A DNA stretch of 43,596 nucleotides from Minisyncoccota bacterium (GTDB lineage: Bacteria; Patescibacteriota; Minisyncoccia; Minisyncoccales; UBA10102): assembly GCA_035655395.1 (NCBI GenBank), contig DASRUP010000076.1, positions 1 through 43,596 on the forward strand, written 5' to 3'. Shown one piece after another: positions 33,394 through 41,363 of the stretch; position 1 is the first letter of the stretch; the number at the start of each line of letters is the position of its first letter. Position numbers and translations under genes: made by a program. The notes under the pieces were generated by a model. That model had not been told where the DNA came from. It made no database searches and worked only from the letters and a program-made list of their open reading frames with translations.

Positions 33394-34669
33394 AGGATTT
33401 GTAGGGTTATACATTACGATTATTGTGTTAATGGTAACGCTTGCCGTTTTGGTAAGCATGGGATTTAGTGTGGTTGTACAACAGCGCATTGCGCAAAATA
33501 CCGTGCAGTCTGCCCAGGCGTATTACGGCGCGGAAGCCGGTGTCGAAGACGCTCTGATTAGATTGAAATCAGGGAAAAACGTATGCAACCCACCAGGATC
33601 TCCCCCTTGTTCCAACTCCATTTCCTTGTGGAGCGGGCCAGCAATCGTAATAACCGTTTCCGACGTTGTAGGAGGCGCGAGAACGGTTACCGCAGAAGGA
33701 GATGCTACAAACCGTTTCCGCACCGTGCAAACGGTGTTTGAGATTTCTTCTACAGGGGTAGGTTTTAACTATGGAGCGCAGATAGGCGAGGGCGGCCTTC
33801 AAATGGATAATAACGCTATTGTGAACGGCAATGTGTTTTCCAATGGAAATGTTATAGGGGAAAACGGAAGCCGAATTACCGGCACCGTACAGATAGCTGG
33901 ACCAGGGAAAATACTGGATAATGTAGATATCGGAACCGTTGGCATTGGAGGTGATGCATATGTGGATATTTGTCAAAATAGCGGTAGCGGCACGAGAATT
34001 GAGGGAGATCTTCATACAAATAGCGCTGGCCCATGTGTGGTAGTCGGCTCGACGACAAGTTCGGGACTACCAATTGCCCCAATTCCTTTGCCTATTCTCG
34101 ATAGCCAAATTGATGCATGGAAGTTAGATGCAGATGATGGTTTTCCCTTGGTAAACATTACGGTTACCGATACGTTACCAGGAGTTGACCTTTCGCTTGG
34201 CCCCAAAAAAATAACAGGGGAGCTGATCGTGGACAACAATGCCACCCTCGAGGTTACAGGCACCCTTTGGGTCGTTGGCAAAGTAACCATAAAAAATGGC
34301 GCCGTCGTGCAACTTAATCCTGGCTATGGTACTTCAAGCGGCATGATTATTTCAAATGATATTGTTTTGCTGGACAACAACAGCGTCTCGAAAGGCTCGG
34401 GCCAGGCTGGGAGTTATTTAATGTATATTTCCACTTCTACCTCGAGTCAGGCAATTGAGTCCAAAAACAATGCGAAAGCAGACATTCTGTATACGAACAC
34501 AGGTACCATTAAAGTAGACAATAACGCAGGTCTTCGGGAGGTCGTGGGATATCGTATGCACCTATTGAATAATGCGGTGATTACTTATGAGAGCGGATTG
34601 GCAAACTCGGCGTTTACGTCGGGGCCGGGGGGCGGCTGGGTGGTAACAAGTTGGAAAGAAATTGAATAA
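33386..34669 (+). CDS. PilX/GspK-like large minor pilin (427 aa) with a predicted beta-helical C-terminal region
   Basis: N-terminal hydrophobic helix GFVGLYITIIVLMVTLAVLVSMG without a Glu5, QAYYGAEAGVEDAL (PilX_N-like), and repeats NNAIVNGNVFSNGNVIGENGSRITGTV. ATG 33386 overlaps the upstream stop. Confidence 0.7.
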   Translation: MNKGFVGLYITIIVLMVTLAVLVSMGFSVVVQQRIAQNTVQSAQAYYGAEAGVEDALIRLKSGKNVCNPPGSPPCSNSISLWSGPAIVITVSDVVGGARTVTAEGDATNRFRTVQTVFEISSTGVGFNYGAQIGEGGLQMDNNAIVNGNVFSNGNVIGENGSRITGTVQIAGPGKILDNVDIGTVGIGGDAYVDICQNSGSGTRIEGDLHTNSAGPCVVVGSTTSSGLPIAPIPLPILDSQIDAWKLDADDGFPLVNITVTDTLPGVDLSLGPKKITGELIVDNNATLEVTGTLWVVGKVTIKNGAVVQLNPGYGTSSGMIISNDIVLLDNNSVSKGSGQAGSYLMYISTSTSSQAIESKNNAKADILYTNTGTIKVDNNAGLREVVGYRMHLLNNAVITYESGLANSAFTSGPGGGWVVTSWKEIE

Positions 34670-34688
34670 CAAGATACAATAAGTACTA

Positions 34689-35798
34689 ATGGCAGGACTT
34701 CTTACGCTTCATCCCAAAGCATTTGGTTTAGATCTGTCTGATTTGTCGCTCAAGATTGTGAGTCTTGAGGAGCGCGGCAAAGGGTTTAGGCTTTCTTCGT
34801 TTGGCGAGGCAAGCATTCCCGAAGGAGTTATCGAGGGGGGAGAAATTAGAAAAGAAGAGAAACTTGTCCAGGTCATTCGAAAAGCGGTTGCCGAGGTAAA
34901 AGGGAAGAAAATCCAAACAAACTACATGGTAGCTTCCCTTCCCGAAGAAAAAGGGTTTGTTCAGGTGGTGCAATTTCCCCCTATGGGCAAAGAAGAACTT
35001 GGTAACGCTATACGCCTGCAGGCAGAAAACTACATACCCTATCCGGTGGACACTGTGTACCTCGATTTTACGGTTATTCCCCCTTCGCACAATCATGTCG
35101 ACCATTTAGACGTGCTTATTGCTTCTCTTCCGCGCACCATAGTTGATTCTTACATTTCGGCATTTGAGAAGGCGGGGTTTACTCCCCGGGCGCTTGAGAT
35201 AGACGCCCTTGCCTTGAGCAGGGCAGTCATAGAAAAGGGGGTTGCGCCCGTGCCTGTATTGCTTGTGGACGTGGGAAACGCAAGAACGAAGTTCAGCATT
35301 TTTTCAGGGTACAGTTTGCGTTTCACCACTTCCGTCCCGGTTTCTGCCAATACGTTTACCCAGGCCGTGGCAACCAGGCTGGGAGTAGAAGAAGAACGTG
35401 CAGAAGAGCTCAAAAGAATGTACGGTTTGGATTCCATTGAAGAAAAACTGGGCGACGAAGTTTTTCAGGCCATGGCGCCCTCGGCCACAGAGTTTGTAAA
35501 ACAAATTCAAAAATACTTAACGTACTACGAAACCCATATTCCCCACCAGCATTTAGACCGCCCCCAAAAGAAGATTAAAAAAGTCGTGCTCTGCGGAGGC
35601 GGAGCCAACCTGCGGGGGCTGCCCGAATTTCTTATGCGTTTCTTAAAAGTGGAAGTCGCGGTGGGAAACCCCTGGGTGAATATTCTTTCCGCTTCTTTAA
35701 AAGAGTTGCCGGCTCTCCCGTTCCAGGATTCCCTGCGCTATAGCACGGCTTTGGGCCTGGGCCTGCGGGGCGTGAAGAGAGAAGTTTCCGATGATTAA
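34689..35798 (+). CDS. pilM: Type IV pilus assembly protein PilM (actin-like ATPase fold)
   Basis: 369 aa. FGLDLSDLSLKIV...LVDVGNARTKFSIF...VLCGGGANLRGL. Confidence 0.9.
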   Translation: MAGLLTLHPKAFGLDLSDLSLKIVSLEERGKGFRLSSFGEASIPEGVIEGGEIRKEEKLVQVIRKAVAEVKGKKIQTNYMVASLPEEKGFVQVVQFPPMGKEELGNAIRLQAENYIPYPVDTVYLDFTVIPPSHNHVDHLDVLIASLPRTIVDSYISAFEKAGFTPRALEIDALALSRAVIEKGVAPVPVLLVDVGNARTKFSIFSGYSLRFTTSVPVSANTFTQAVATRLGVEEERAEELKRMYGLDSIEEKLGDEVFQAMAPSATEFVKQIQKYLTYYETHIPHQHLDRPQKKIKKVVLCGGGANLRGLPEFLMRFLKVEVAVGNPWVNILSASLKELPALPFQDSLRYSTALGLGLRGVKREVSDD

Positions 35799-36318
35799 CC
35801 TTCTTCCTCCAGAATACAGACAGCGGCTCAAAGACGAGGAATATTTTCGCCTCGTTCTTATCTTGGGTGCGCTCCTTTTGCTGTTTTTCGTATCGTTGTC
35901 TTTGATGCTCCTGTCGATTCGCATTTATCTTTCGGGCGAGATCGACGCCCAAAAAATTTTGGTAGAACGCCAGCAGGAAGAATACAATCGCGAGAATCCC
36001 TTGGAACTGAACGTAAAAGATCTTAATCGGAGCGTAGCCCAACTGGCGGCATTTTACAAAGAGCAAATTCTGCTTTCTGAAACCCTACAGGAAGTTACGG
36101 CCGCTCTGCCCCCTCAAGCCTATCTTACTTCTTTTGTGTATAACGCCGGCGCTCCCGGCAAAATTTCATTGGCAGGTTTTGCCCCGACAAGCGAAGACTT
36201 GCAGGCGTTCAGAGGGACCTTGGAGCAGAATCCCCGATTTTCGAACTTTTTCTTTCCGCTTTCAAACTCGACAAGCGAGCGCGATATTACGTTTTCCTTT
36301 ACGTTTACGGTGCAATGA
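35791..36318 (+). CDS. pilN: PilN
   Basis: MINLLPPEYRQR followed by a single TM helix. Overlaps pilM by 8 nt. Confidence 0.8.
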   Translation: MINLLPPEYRQRLKDEEYFRLVLILGALLLLFFVSLSLMLLSIRIYLSGEIDAQKILVERQQEEYNRENPLELNVKDLNRSVAQLAAFYKEQILLSETLQEVTAALPPQAYLTSFVYNAGAPGKISLAGFAPTSEDLQAFRGTLEQNPRFSNFFFPLSNSTSERDITFSFTFTVQ

Positions 36319-36848
36319 AAATGAATACCAAGCGAAATTTATTGTTGGCAGCAGCGCTTTTCCTGGGAGCGGCTTTCGTGTTCGTTTCCTTTGTGGTGTA
36401 TCCGGTATTCCGGGGAGTAGTGCACGACCACGAAAGGGCGTTAGAGCAAAGGAGGGAGTTCGTCCAGCTTGGAGAAGATAGAGAACACCTCGCAGAATTC
36501 GAGAGGCTGTTTATGCGAGAGCAAAGCGCATTCGACCAGTTAGAACGAGTCTTCCTTGATTTGCGCTCGCCTATTGAGTTTTTCCGTTTTCTCGACCGGA
36601 GCGCCGAAGAGTTTGGCATAACCCTCGAAAAAACGCCGGGGCTCCCCCAAACCACACCAGAAGAACCCTGGACATACGTGGATGTGCATCTCGAGGGAGA
36701 AGGAACATATCCTGGCGCCCTTGCGTTTATAGAAAAGATCGAAAGTTCCCCATACTTGCTCGAGCTAAAAGGCCTTAACTTTTCAAAGGCAGAAGGCCAG
36801 TTGTTGGTGCGATTTTCCATTAATACAAGAATATATGCGAAAGATTAG
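36315..36848 (+). CDS. pilO: PilO-like protein
   Basis: Position after pilN, a single N-terminal TM helix, a coiled coil and an alpha/beta C-domain. 4-nt overlap with pilN. Confidence 0.6.
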   Translation: MKMNTKRNLLLAAALFLGAAFVFVSFVVYPVFRGVVHDHERALEQRREFVQLGEDREHLAEFERLFMREQSAFDQLERVFLDLRSPIEFFRFLDRSAEEFGITLEKTPGLPQTTPEEPWTYVDVHLEGEGTYPGALAFIEKIESSPYLLELKGLNFSKAEGQLLVRFSINTRIYAKD

Positions 36849-37170
36849 TTTTCCCAAACGTTTTAACAGCAAGAAAATTTTAGCTTTTCTTCGGTGGATG
36901 GGGGAGAACGCTTTTCTTGGGTTTTTAGTACTGCTTGTTATCGCCTTGTGTATATCTTCTTTGGTGTTTTACCGTTATGTGTTCCTTTTAGAGAGCGCCC
37001 AGTTGGAGTTCCGGCCCTCACAAAATACCTTTCAAACCAAACCTTTTGAGGATATTGTGCGAGTGTGGCAAGAAAGGGGGCAGGCTTTTGAGCAGGCAAG
37101 TCCTGAAAACTACCGGGATGCGTTTGCACCTGCTCCCTTGCCTCCAGAGGCGGAAGAATCAGACAATTGA
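36835..37170 (+). CDS. Hypothetical single-pass membrane protein (111 aa), last gene of the pilus operon
   Basis: TM helix AFLGFLVLLVIALCISSLVFY. Overlaps pilO by 14 nt. Confidence 0.55.
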   Translation: MRKISFPKRFNSKKILAFLRWMGENAFLGFLVLLVIALCISSLVFYRYVFLLESAQLEFRPSQNTFQTKPFEDIVRVWQERGQAFEQASPENYRDAFAPAPLPPEAEESDN

Positions 37171-37195
37171 CCGGAAGGATTTTTTTCTCTATAAT
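37167..37195 (+). promoter_or_regulatory. Promoter TTGACC-17-TATAAT for tRNA-Arg and tRNA-His
   Basis: Hexamers at 37167..37172 and 37190..37195. The tRNA starts 12 nt downstream. Confidence 0.6.
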
Positions 37196-37206
37196 ATCTA
37201 TGCTTT

Positions 37207-37278
37207 GTCCCTATAGCTCAATGGATCGAGCACGGGCCTTCTAAGCCTGGGATCGAGGTTCGACTCCTCGTAGGGACA
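37207..37278 (+). tRNA. tRNA-Arg (anticodon TCT)
   Basis: GTCCCTA/TAGGGAC acceptor, anticodon loop CTTCTAA, T-loop TTCGACT. Confidence 0.9.
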
Positions 37279-37293
37279 CAAGAGAGAATACAT

Positions 37294-37368
37294 GGTGGGC
37301 GTAGCTTAGTGGCTTAAAGCGTCGCTCTGTGGCAGCGAAGATCGCCGGTTCAAATCCGGTCGTCCACC
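37294..37368 (+). tRNA. tRNA-His (anticodon GTG) with an encoded G-1
   Basis: An extra 5' G pairs with discriminator C. Anticodon loop CTGTGGC, T-loop TTCAAAT. Confidence 0.9.
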
Positions 37369-37442
37369 CACAAAACCAAAATACGGCAGCTGTGGATAAA
37401 TACATTATGCCGGAAGGGAAATACGTTGCATAATAAATTAAG

Positions 37443-40340
37443 ATGTTGTCTCTCCTCGGTATTCTTATTTTTGTTTTCATTGCCGTGTGGCTCCATAGGC
37501 GTATTAGTAGGATCGAAGAATTGTTGGAATCAAAAAGCGCGCCCTTACTTTCACCTGCTCCGCAACAGGCTTTGTCTCCTTTGGTGCCAACACAGCAAAC
37601 GCAAACGCCTATCTCCGGGAATGAAGAACTTGCCGTAATCGATAAATTCGTTGTTTGGGCAAAAGAAGACTGGTTGTTAAAGCTCGGGGCTTTTCTGTTG
37701 CTTATTGGTTTTGGCTGGCTTGCAACGTATGCATTTGCGAATAACTGGATTGGCCCTATGGGGCGCATTACCCTTGGCTTGGTTGCAGGCGTCCTTATCT
37801 TGCTTCTGGGATGGTGGCGGATTAAAACCTATGTATATCAGGGGAGTACATTCCTCGTGTTAGGCTCCTCGGTCATTTTGCTTACCACGTTCGCCGCAAG
37901 GATAGTCTACGACTTCTTTACTCCTTTAGCGGCACTCGGCATAATGTTTATGAGCGCCGCTTTTGTTGCTTTTGCAAGCGTTATCTACCGCCACCTTCCC
38001 CTTGCTTTGGCAAGCTTACTATCCGCGGGAGTCGCCCCTCTTCTTACGAGTCCTTTGAGCTTTGCAGTTTCTTTAAGTACGGACTTCGTAACTCTGTTCT
38101 CGTATCTGCTTGTCGTAACAATTGGCACGGTATGGGTTGTCGCTCTCACCGGATGGCGCATTCTTACGACAGTCGCACTTATCATAGTGGCTTTGTATAG
38201 TCTCCCCCATCTCTTTATTGGCAGATCTTTAGGCGTTGAAATAGTTCTCGCTTTTACATTTGCCTTTACCGCTGTGTTCTTTATAACCAGCATACTCGGC
38301 ATTTTGAAACTGGCAAAGGAGAAGATTGTTCCCGACCTCATCACAGCAGGCGGCACCGGGTTATTCCTTCTCGTGTGGATTCTCATGGCAGCTCCCGAAG
38401 AGTGGAAAAGCATTCTCATGGTGGCCTGGATTTTGGTATTCGCCTTTGGCGGATTTCTCGCTTTTCGCCTCACGCAACGCATTGAACCTTTCTACGTATA
38501 TTTGGGGGTAAGCATTGCCATGCTTGCTGGCGCAACCGCGGTTGAGTTGCAAGGAGCTGCTCTTGTTATTGCCTACAGCATAGAGAGTGGGGTTATTGCA
38601 CTTGTTGCTTATGCGATTTTGAGGGATTTACGGATCGCTCAAATGTTGAGTCTGCTGTTACTTGGCCCGGCCTATCTGTCTGTGGGAAGCGTAATTTCCC
38701 GATCGTGGAATATCGGTGTAGTCCATAAAGACTTCTTTGTACTGTTCGTACTGGCGGTAATATTCTTCGGATTGGGGCTTTTCTTCTTATGGGCGCAAAA
38801 ACAAAAAATAAGCAACGAAAAAAAAGAATCCGCGTACTTTACGGCCGGACTCCTTATTGTTGGCTCTGCATATATGCATTTGCTTTTATGGCTCTCTCTC
38901 CATGCGACAAAATTAAGCGATGACGTTGCCACGATGTTTTCTTTGGTCGCCTACACCGTTATAGGGCTAGCCACGTATTTCTACGGAAAAACAAAAGAAA
39001 AGAGAATAATGCGTTTGTACGGTGCCGTACTGCTAACCCTTGTGGTTGGCCGCCTTCTGGTTATCGACGTTTGGAGCATGGCTTTAGCGGGGCGCGTTGT
39101 CACATTTTTCCTTGTTGGCATACTCTTAACAACCACTGCGTTTGTCGGCCGAAGCAAGAAAGCATTGCCCATGCTTGTTCTAGCTACAGCAGGAGCCATG
39201 ACGTTCTATGCGAGCAGTGCCGAGGCTTTATCGACCGCCTCACAGGAAACGATAAGCGCATATCGACAACTCAAAGAGTTGCAGCCTGTAGCGATTTTAG
39301 TGCCAACGGTGGTAGAAATACCGTTCGAAAGCCAAGAGCTGGAACGTTTTAGTTTTGCGGTGTTAGACGAAGCTACCGATACTTTTCAGCCTGTCTTTTT
39401 TAAGCAGGAAACATCGGTAAATGAAATACCTATAACAACCATTAATGCGACAAACCAGTCGGCTCTCAATGCGGGAAGAATGGTTGACGGAAATGTGCAA
39501 ACCTATACTGCTTTTGCTCTGCCCGAAGAAGCGCAGGGAAGCACTCAACTCATTCTGCAGAGTACCAGGCCCATTACATCTTCCTCGCTCACTCTTTTAC
39601 TCGACAACCACGTTGCCTTGCCTACTTCAATAGAAATACGCGCGCAGGTAAGCGGGACAAATACCATCGTTCTTGCAAAAATACCGATGAGGCAGGCCAC
39701 TATCCAGTTCCCCAGAACAACCTCTGCGACATGGACAATCGCGCTCACCTATGCACAACCTCTTCGCATATCTGAACTTAAACTTGCGCAAGAAAATGCT
39801 ACAAGATCCAGTTCGCACGCACTGCGATTTCTTGCACAACCTGGGCGTGCGTATCAAGTATACTTTAACCCGGACCGATATGTGTCGCCGCCTGTGGGGG
39901 AAGCAGGCAACCTGGCAGATAACCAGGGCGTGCTTCGTTTGCCTTCACCTCTTTCGCAAACGAATGTGTATTATAAACAAGCGGATGTCGATCTCGACAA
40001 TATACCAGATATTCTTGATAACTGCGTATCGGTGAGGAATACAGACCAGGCCGATGTTAATAGAAATGGAAGGGGTGACGCCTGCGACGACTTCGACAGG
40101 GACGGAATTGTAAATAGCCAAGACAACTGTCCAAATGACCCTAATCGAGGGCAAGCCGATGTAGATGCAGACGGCATTGGAGATGTTTGCGATACTGAAG
40201 AAAGCAGATTTACCGAACGCTACAAATGGATTCCGTGGCTGGGAATTGCCTTTGCAGCTTTGACGCTTATTGTACTTTTTGCGCTAACCGCCCGATCGAC
40301 ACTCCAAAAACGAAATCAGGACAAACCGCCCACGGTATAG
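37443..40340 (+). CDS. 965-aa polytopic membrane protein: DUF2339-like multi-TM region, discoidin-like domain, thrombospondin type-3 Ca-binding repeats and a C-terminal TM anchor
   Basis: WLLKLGAFLLLIGFGWLATYAFANNWIGPMGRITLGLVAG is the DUF2339 hallmark as I recall it. About 18 hydrophobic helices. MVDGNVQTYTAF...LRISELKL is jelly-roll-like. DNCVSVRNTDQADVNRNGRGDACDDFDRDGIVNSQDNCPNDPNRGQADVDADGIGDVCD is the TSP3 region. Confidence 0.85.
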   Translation: MLSLLGILIFVFIAVWLHRRISRIEELLESKSAPLLSPAPQQALSPLVPTQQTQTPISGNEELAVIDKFVVWAKEDWLLKLGAFLLLIGFGWLATYAFANNWIGPMGRITLGLVAGVLILLLGWWRIKTYVYQGSTFLVLGSSVILLTTFAARIVYDFFTPLAALGIMFMSAAFVAFASVIYRHLPLALASLLSAGVAPLLTSPLSFAVSLSTDFVTLFSYLLVVTIGTVWVVALTGWRILTTVALIIVALYSLPHLFIGRSLGVEIVLAFTFAFTAVFFITSILGILKLAKEKIVPDLITAGGTGLFLLVWILMAAPEEWKSILMVAWILVFAFGGFLAFRLTQRIEPFYVYLGVSIAMLAGATAVELQGAALVIAYSIESGVIALVAYAILRDLRIAQMLSLLLLGPAYLSVGSVISRSWNIGVVHKDFFVLFVLAVIFFGLGLFFLWAQKQKISNEKKESAYFTAGLLIVGSAYMHLLLWLSLHATKLSDDVATMFSLVAYTVIGLATYFYGKTKEKRIMRLYGAVLLTLVVGRLLVIDVWSMALAGRVVTFFLVGILLTTTAFVGRSKKALPMLVLATAGAMTFYASSAEALSTASQETISAYRQLKELQPVAILVPTVVEIPFESQELERFSFAVLDEATDTFQPVFFKQETSVNEIPITTINATNQSALNAGRMVDGNVQTYTAFALPEEAQGSTQLILQSTRPITSSSLTLLLDNHVALPTSIEIRAQVSGTNTIVLAKIPMRQATIQFPRTTSATWTIALTYAQPLRISELKLAQENATRSSSHALRFLAQPGRAYQVYFNPDRYVSPPVGEAGNLADNQGVLRLPSPLSQTNVYYKQADVDLDNIPDILDNCVSVRNTDQADVNRNGRGDACDDFDRDGIVNSQDNCPNDPNRGQADVDADGIGDVCDTEESRFTERYKWIPWLGIAFAALTLIVLFALTARSTLQKRNQDKPPTV

Positions 40341-40362
40341 TCTCAAGCTACAAACAATAAAC

Positions 40363-40398
40363 AACAACACCTGCCTTGAGGGCAGGGTTGTTTTGTTT
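40363..40398. terminator. Bidirectional intrinsic terminator
   Basis: aacaacacctgcc-ttgag-ggcagggttgtt, with T-rich tails on both strands. Confidence 0.6.
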
Positions 40399-40419
40399 AG
40401 AAAACGGAGTTTCTCAATC

Positions 40420-40557
40420 CTATTCGTCTTCCTCCTCTTCTACATCCGTGTCGTCGTCTGTATCTTCTTCTGTGTTATCGTCCATCATACCGTCGTCGTC
40501 AGTCATCCCGTCGTCGTCGAGAATGGAGACCAATGGTGAGAGAATATCAAAAATCAT
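40420..40557 (-). CDS. 45-aa hyper-acidic miniprotein (below the ORF-track length cutoff)
   Basis: Hand translated as MIFDILSPLVSILDDDGMTDDDGMMDDNTEEDTDDDTDVEEEEDE*. AAAGGT lies 6 nt upstream of the ATG, a consensus promoter lies upstream and a terminator lies downstream. Confidence 0.55.
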   Translation of the reverse strand: MIFDILSPLVSILDDDGMTDDDGMMDDNTEEDTDDDTDVEEEEDE

Positions 40558-40589
40558 AGTTTGACCTTTAATGTTTTGTTACAAAACTC

Positions 40590-40617
40590 ATTATAGAAAG
40601 TAAAGAGGTCTTGTCAA
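40590..40617 (-). promoter_or_regulatory. Consensus promoter TTGACA-16-TATAAT
   Basis: On the minus strand: TTGACA 40617..40612 and TATAAT 40595..40590. Confidence 0.65.
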
Positions 40618-40645
40618 CTCCCCGTTTTCGCAGTTATTCACAAGG

Positions 40646-40674
40646 TTGCGGAAAGGCACGTTTTATGGTAGAAT
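40646..40674 (+). promoter_or_regulatory. Promoter TTGCGG-17-(TGg)TAGAAT for the tRNA cluster and infB operon
   Basis: An extended -10 at 40666..40674. The first tRNA starts 24 nt downstream. Confidence 0.55.
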
Positions 40675-40697
40675 TTCTCATAATGTTTGCCTTGCGA

Positions 40698-40769
40698 GCC
40701 CCCGTAGTTCAACGGACAGAACAGGAAACTCCTAAGTTCTCGATAGAGGTTCAATTCCTCTCGGGGGCA
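40698..40769 (+). tRNA. tRNA-Arg (anticodon CCT)
   Basis: GCCCCCG/CGGGGGC acceptor, anticodon loop CTCCTAA (with one A:G mismatch at 31:39), T-loop TTCAATT. Confidence 0.8.
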
Positions 40770-40798
40770 CACTTTGCAGGCTCAGTGTAGACAAACAG

Positions 40799-40869
40799 GG
40801 GCCTATAGTAAATCGGCATTACGCCTCCATGGCATGGAGGAGGGCGGGGTTCAATTCCCCGTAGGTCCA
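40799..40869 (+). tRNA. tRNA-Ala (anticodon GGC)
   Basis: GGGCCTA/TAGGTCC acceptor with G3:U70. Anticodon stem CCTCC/GGAGG with loop ATGGCAT. Confidence 0.9.
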
Positions 40870-40873
40870 CAAA

Positions 40874-40958
40874 GGAGATGTGCCGGAGCGGTTGAACGGG
40901 GCGGTCTCGAAAACCGCTATACCGAAAGGTATCGGAGGTTCGAATCCTCCCATCTCCG
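40874..40958 (+). tRNA. tRNA-Ser (anticodon CGA), class II long variable arm
   Basis: GGAGATG/CATCTCC acceptor, anticodon loop CTCGAAA, variable arm TATACCGAAAGGTATC. Confidence 0.9.
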
Positions 40959-40966
40959 CAAAGCCT

Positions 40967-41359
40967 ATGGCTTTATTCAAAAAACAACAACCAGAAGAGC
41001 AAACGCCGCAGGCTTTGCGCAAGAAAGTTCAGGCGCTTGAGAAAAGGCTGGAACAAACAGCGAAAGAACTGGAACAGTTAAAGCAGCAAACGCGCCAGGC
41101 AGTTACCAGGGTGGGTATTGTACGGTTTAATCCCTTTGCGGAGATGGGGGGCGATCAAAGTTTCGCCGTTGCATTGCTCAACGAAGAACACACAGGGTTT
41201 GTGCTCACCAGTTACTATGGAAAAGACTTAAACAGGGTATTTGCAAAGCCGGTGCAAAAAGGCAGTTCGCGTTATGAACTTTCAGATGAAGAAAGAGAGG
41301 CGCTTGAGAAAGCCATGGGTGTTGAAAAGCCAAAGAGCAAGAGGAGAAAGAAAAAATAG
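40967..41359 (+). CDS. DUF4446-family protein
   Basis: A coiled-coil N-terminal part followed by VGIVRFNPFAEMGGDQSFAVALLNEEHTGFVLTSYYG. The track's longer ORF overlaps tRNA-Ser. Confidence 0.75.
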   Translation: MALFKKQQPEEQTPQALRKKVQALEKRLEQTAKELEQLKQQTRQAVTRVGIVRFNPFAEMGGDQSFAVALLNEEHTGFVLTSYYGKDLNRVFAKPVQKGSSRYELSDEEREALEKAMGVEKPKSKRRKKK

Positions 41360-41363
41360 TATT

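Noticed and set aside
37241-37768. A 175-aa minus-strand ORF.
   Set aside because: It runs straight across tRNA-Arg and tRNA-His and into the start of the DUF2339 gene, so it is an artefact.
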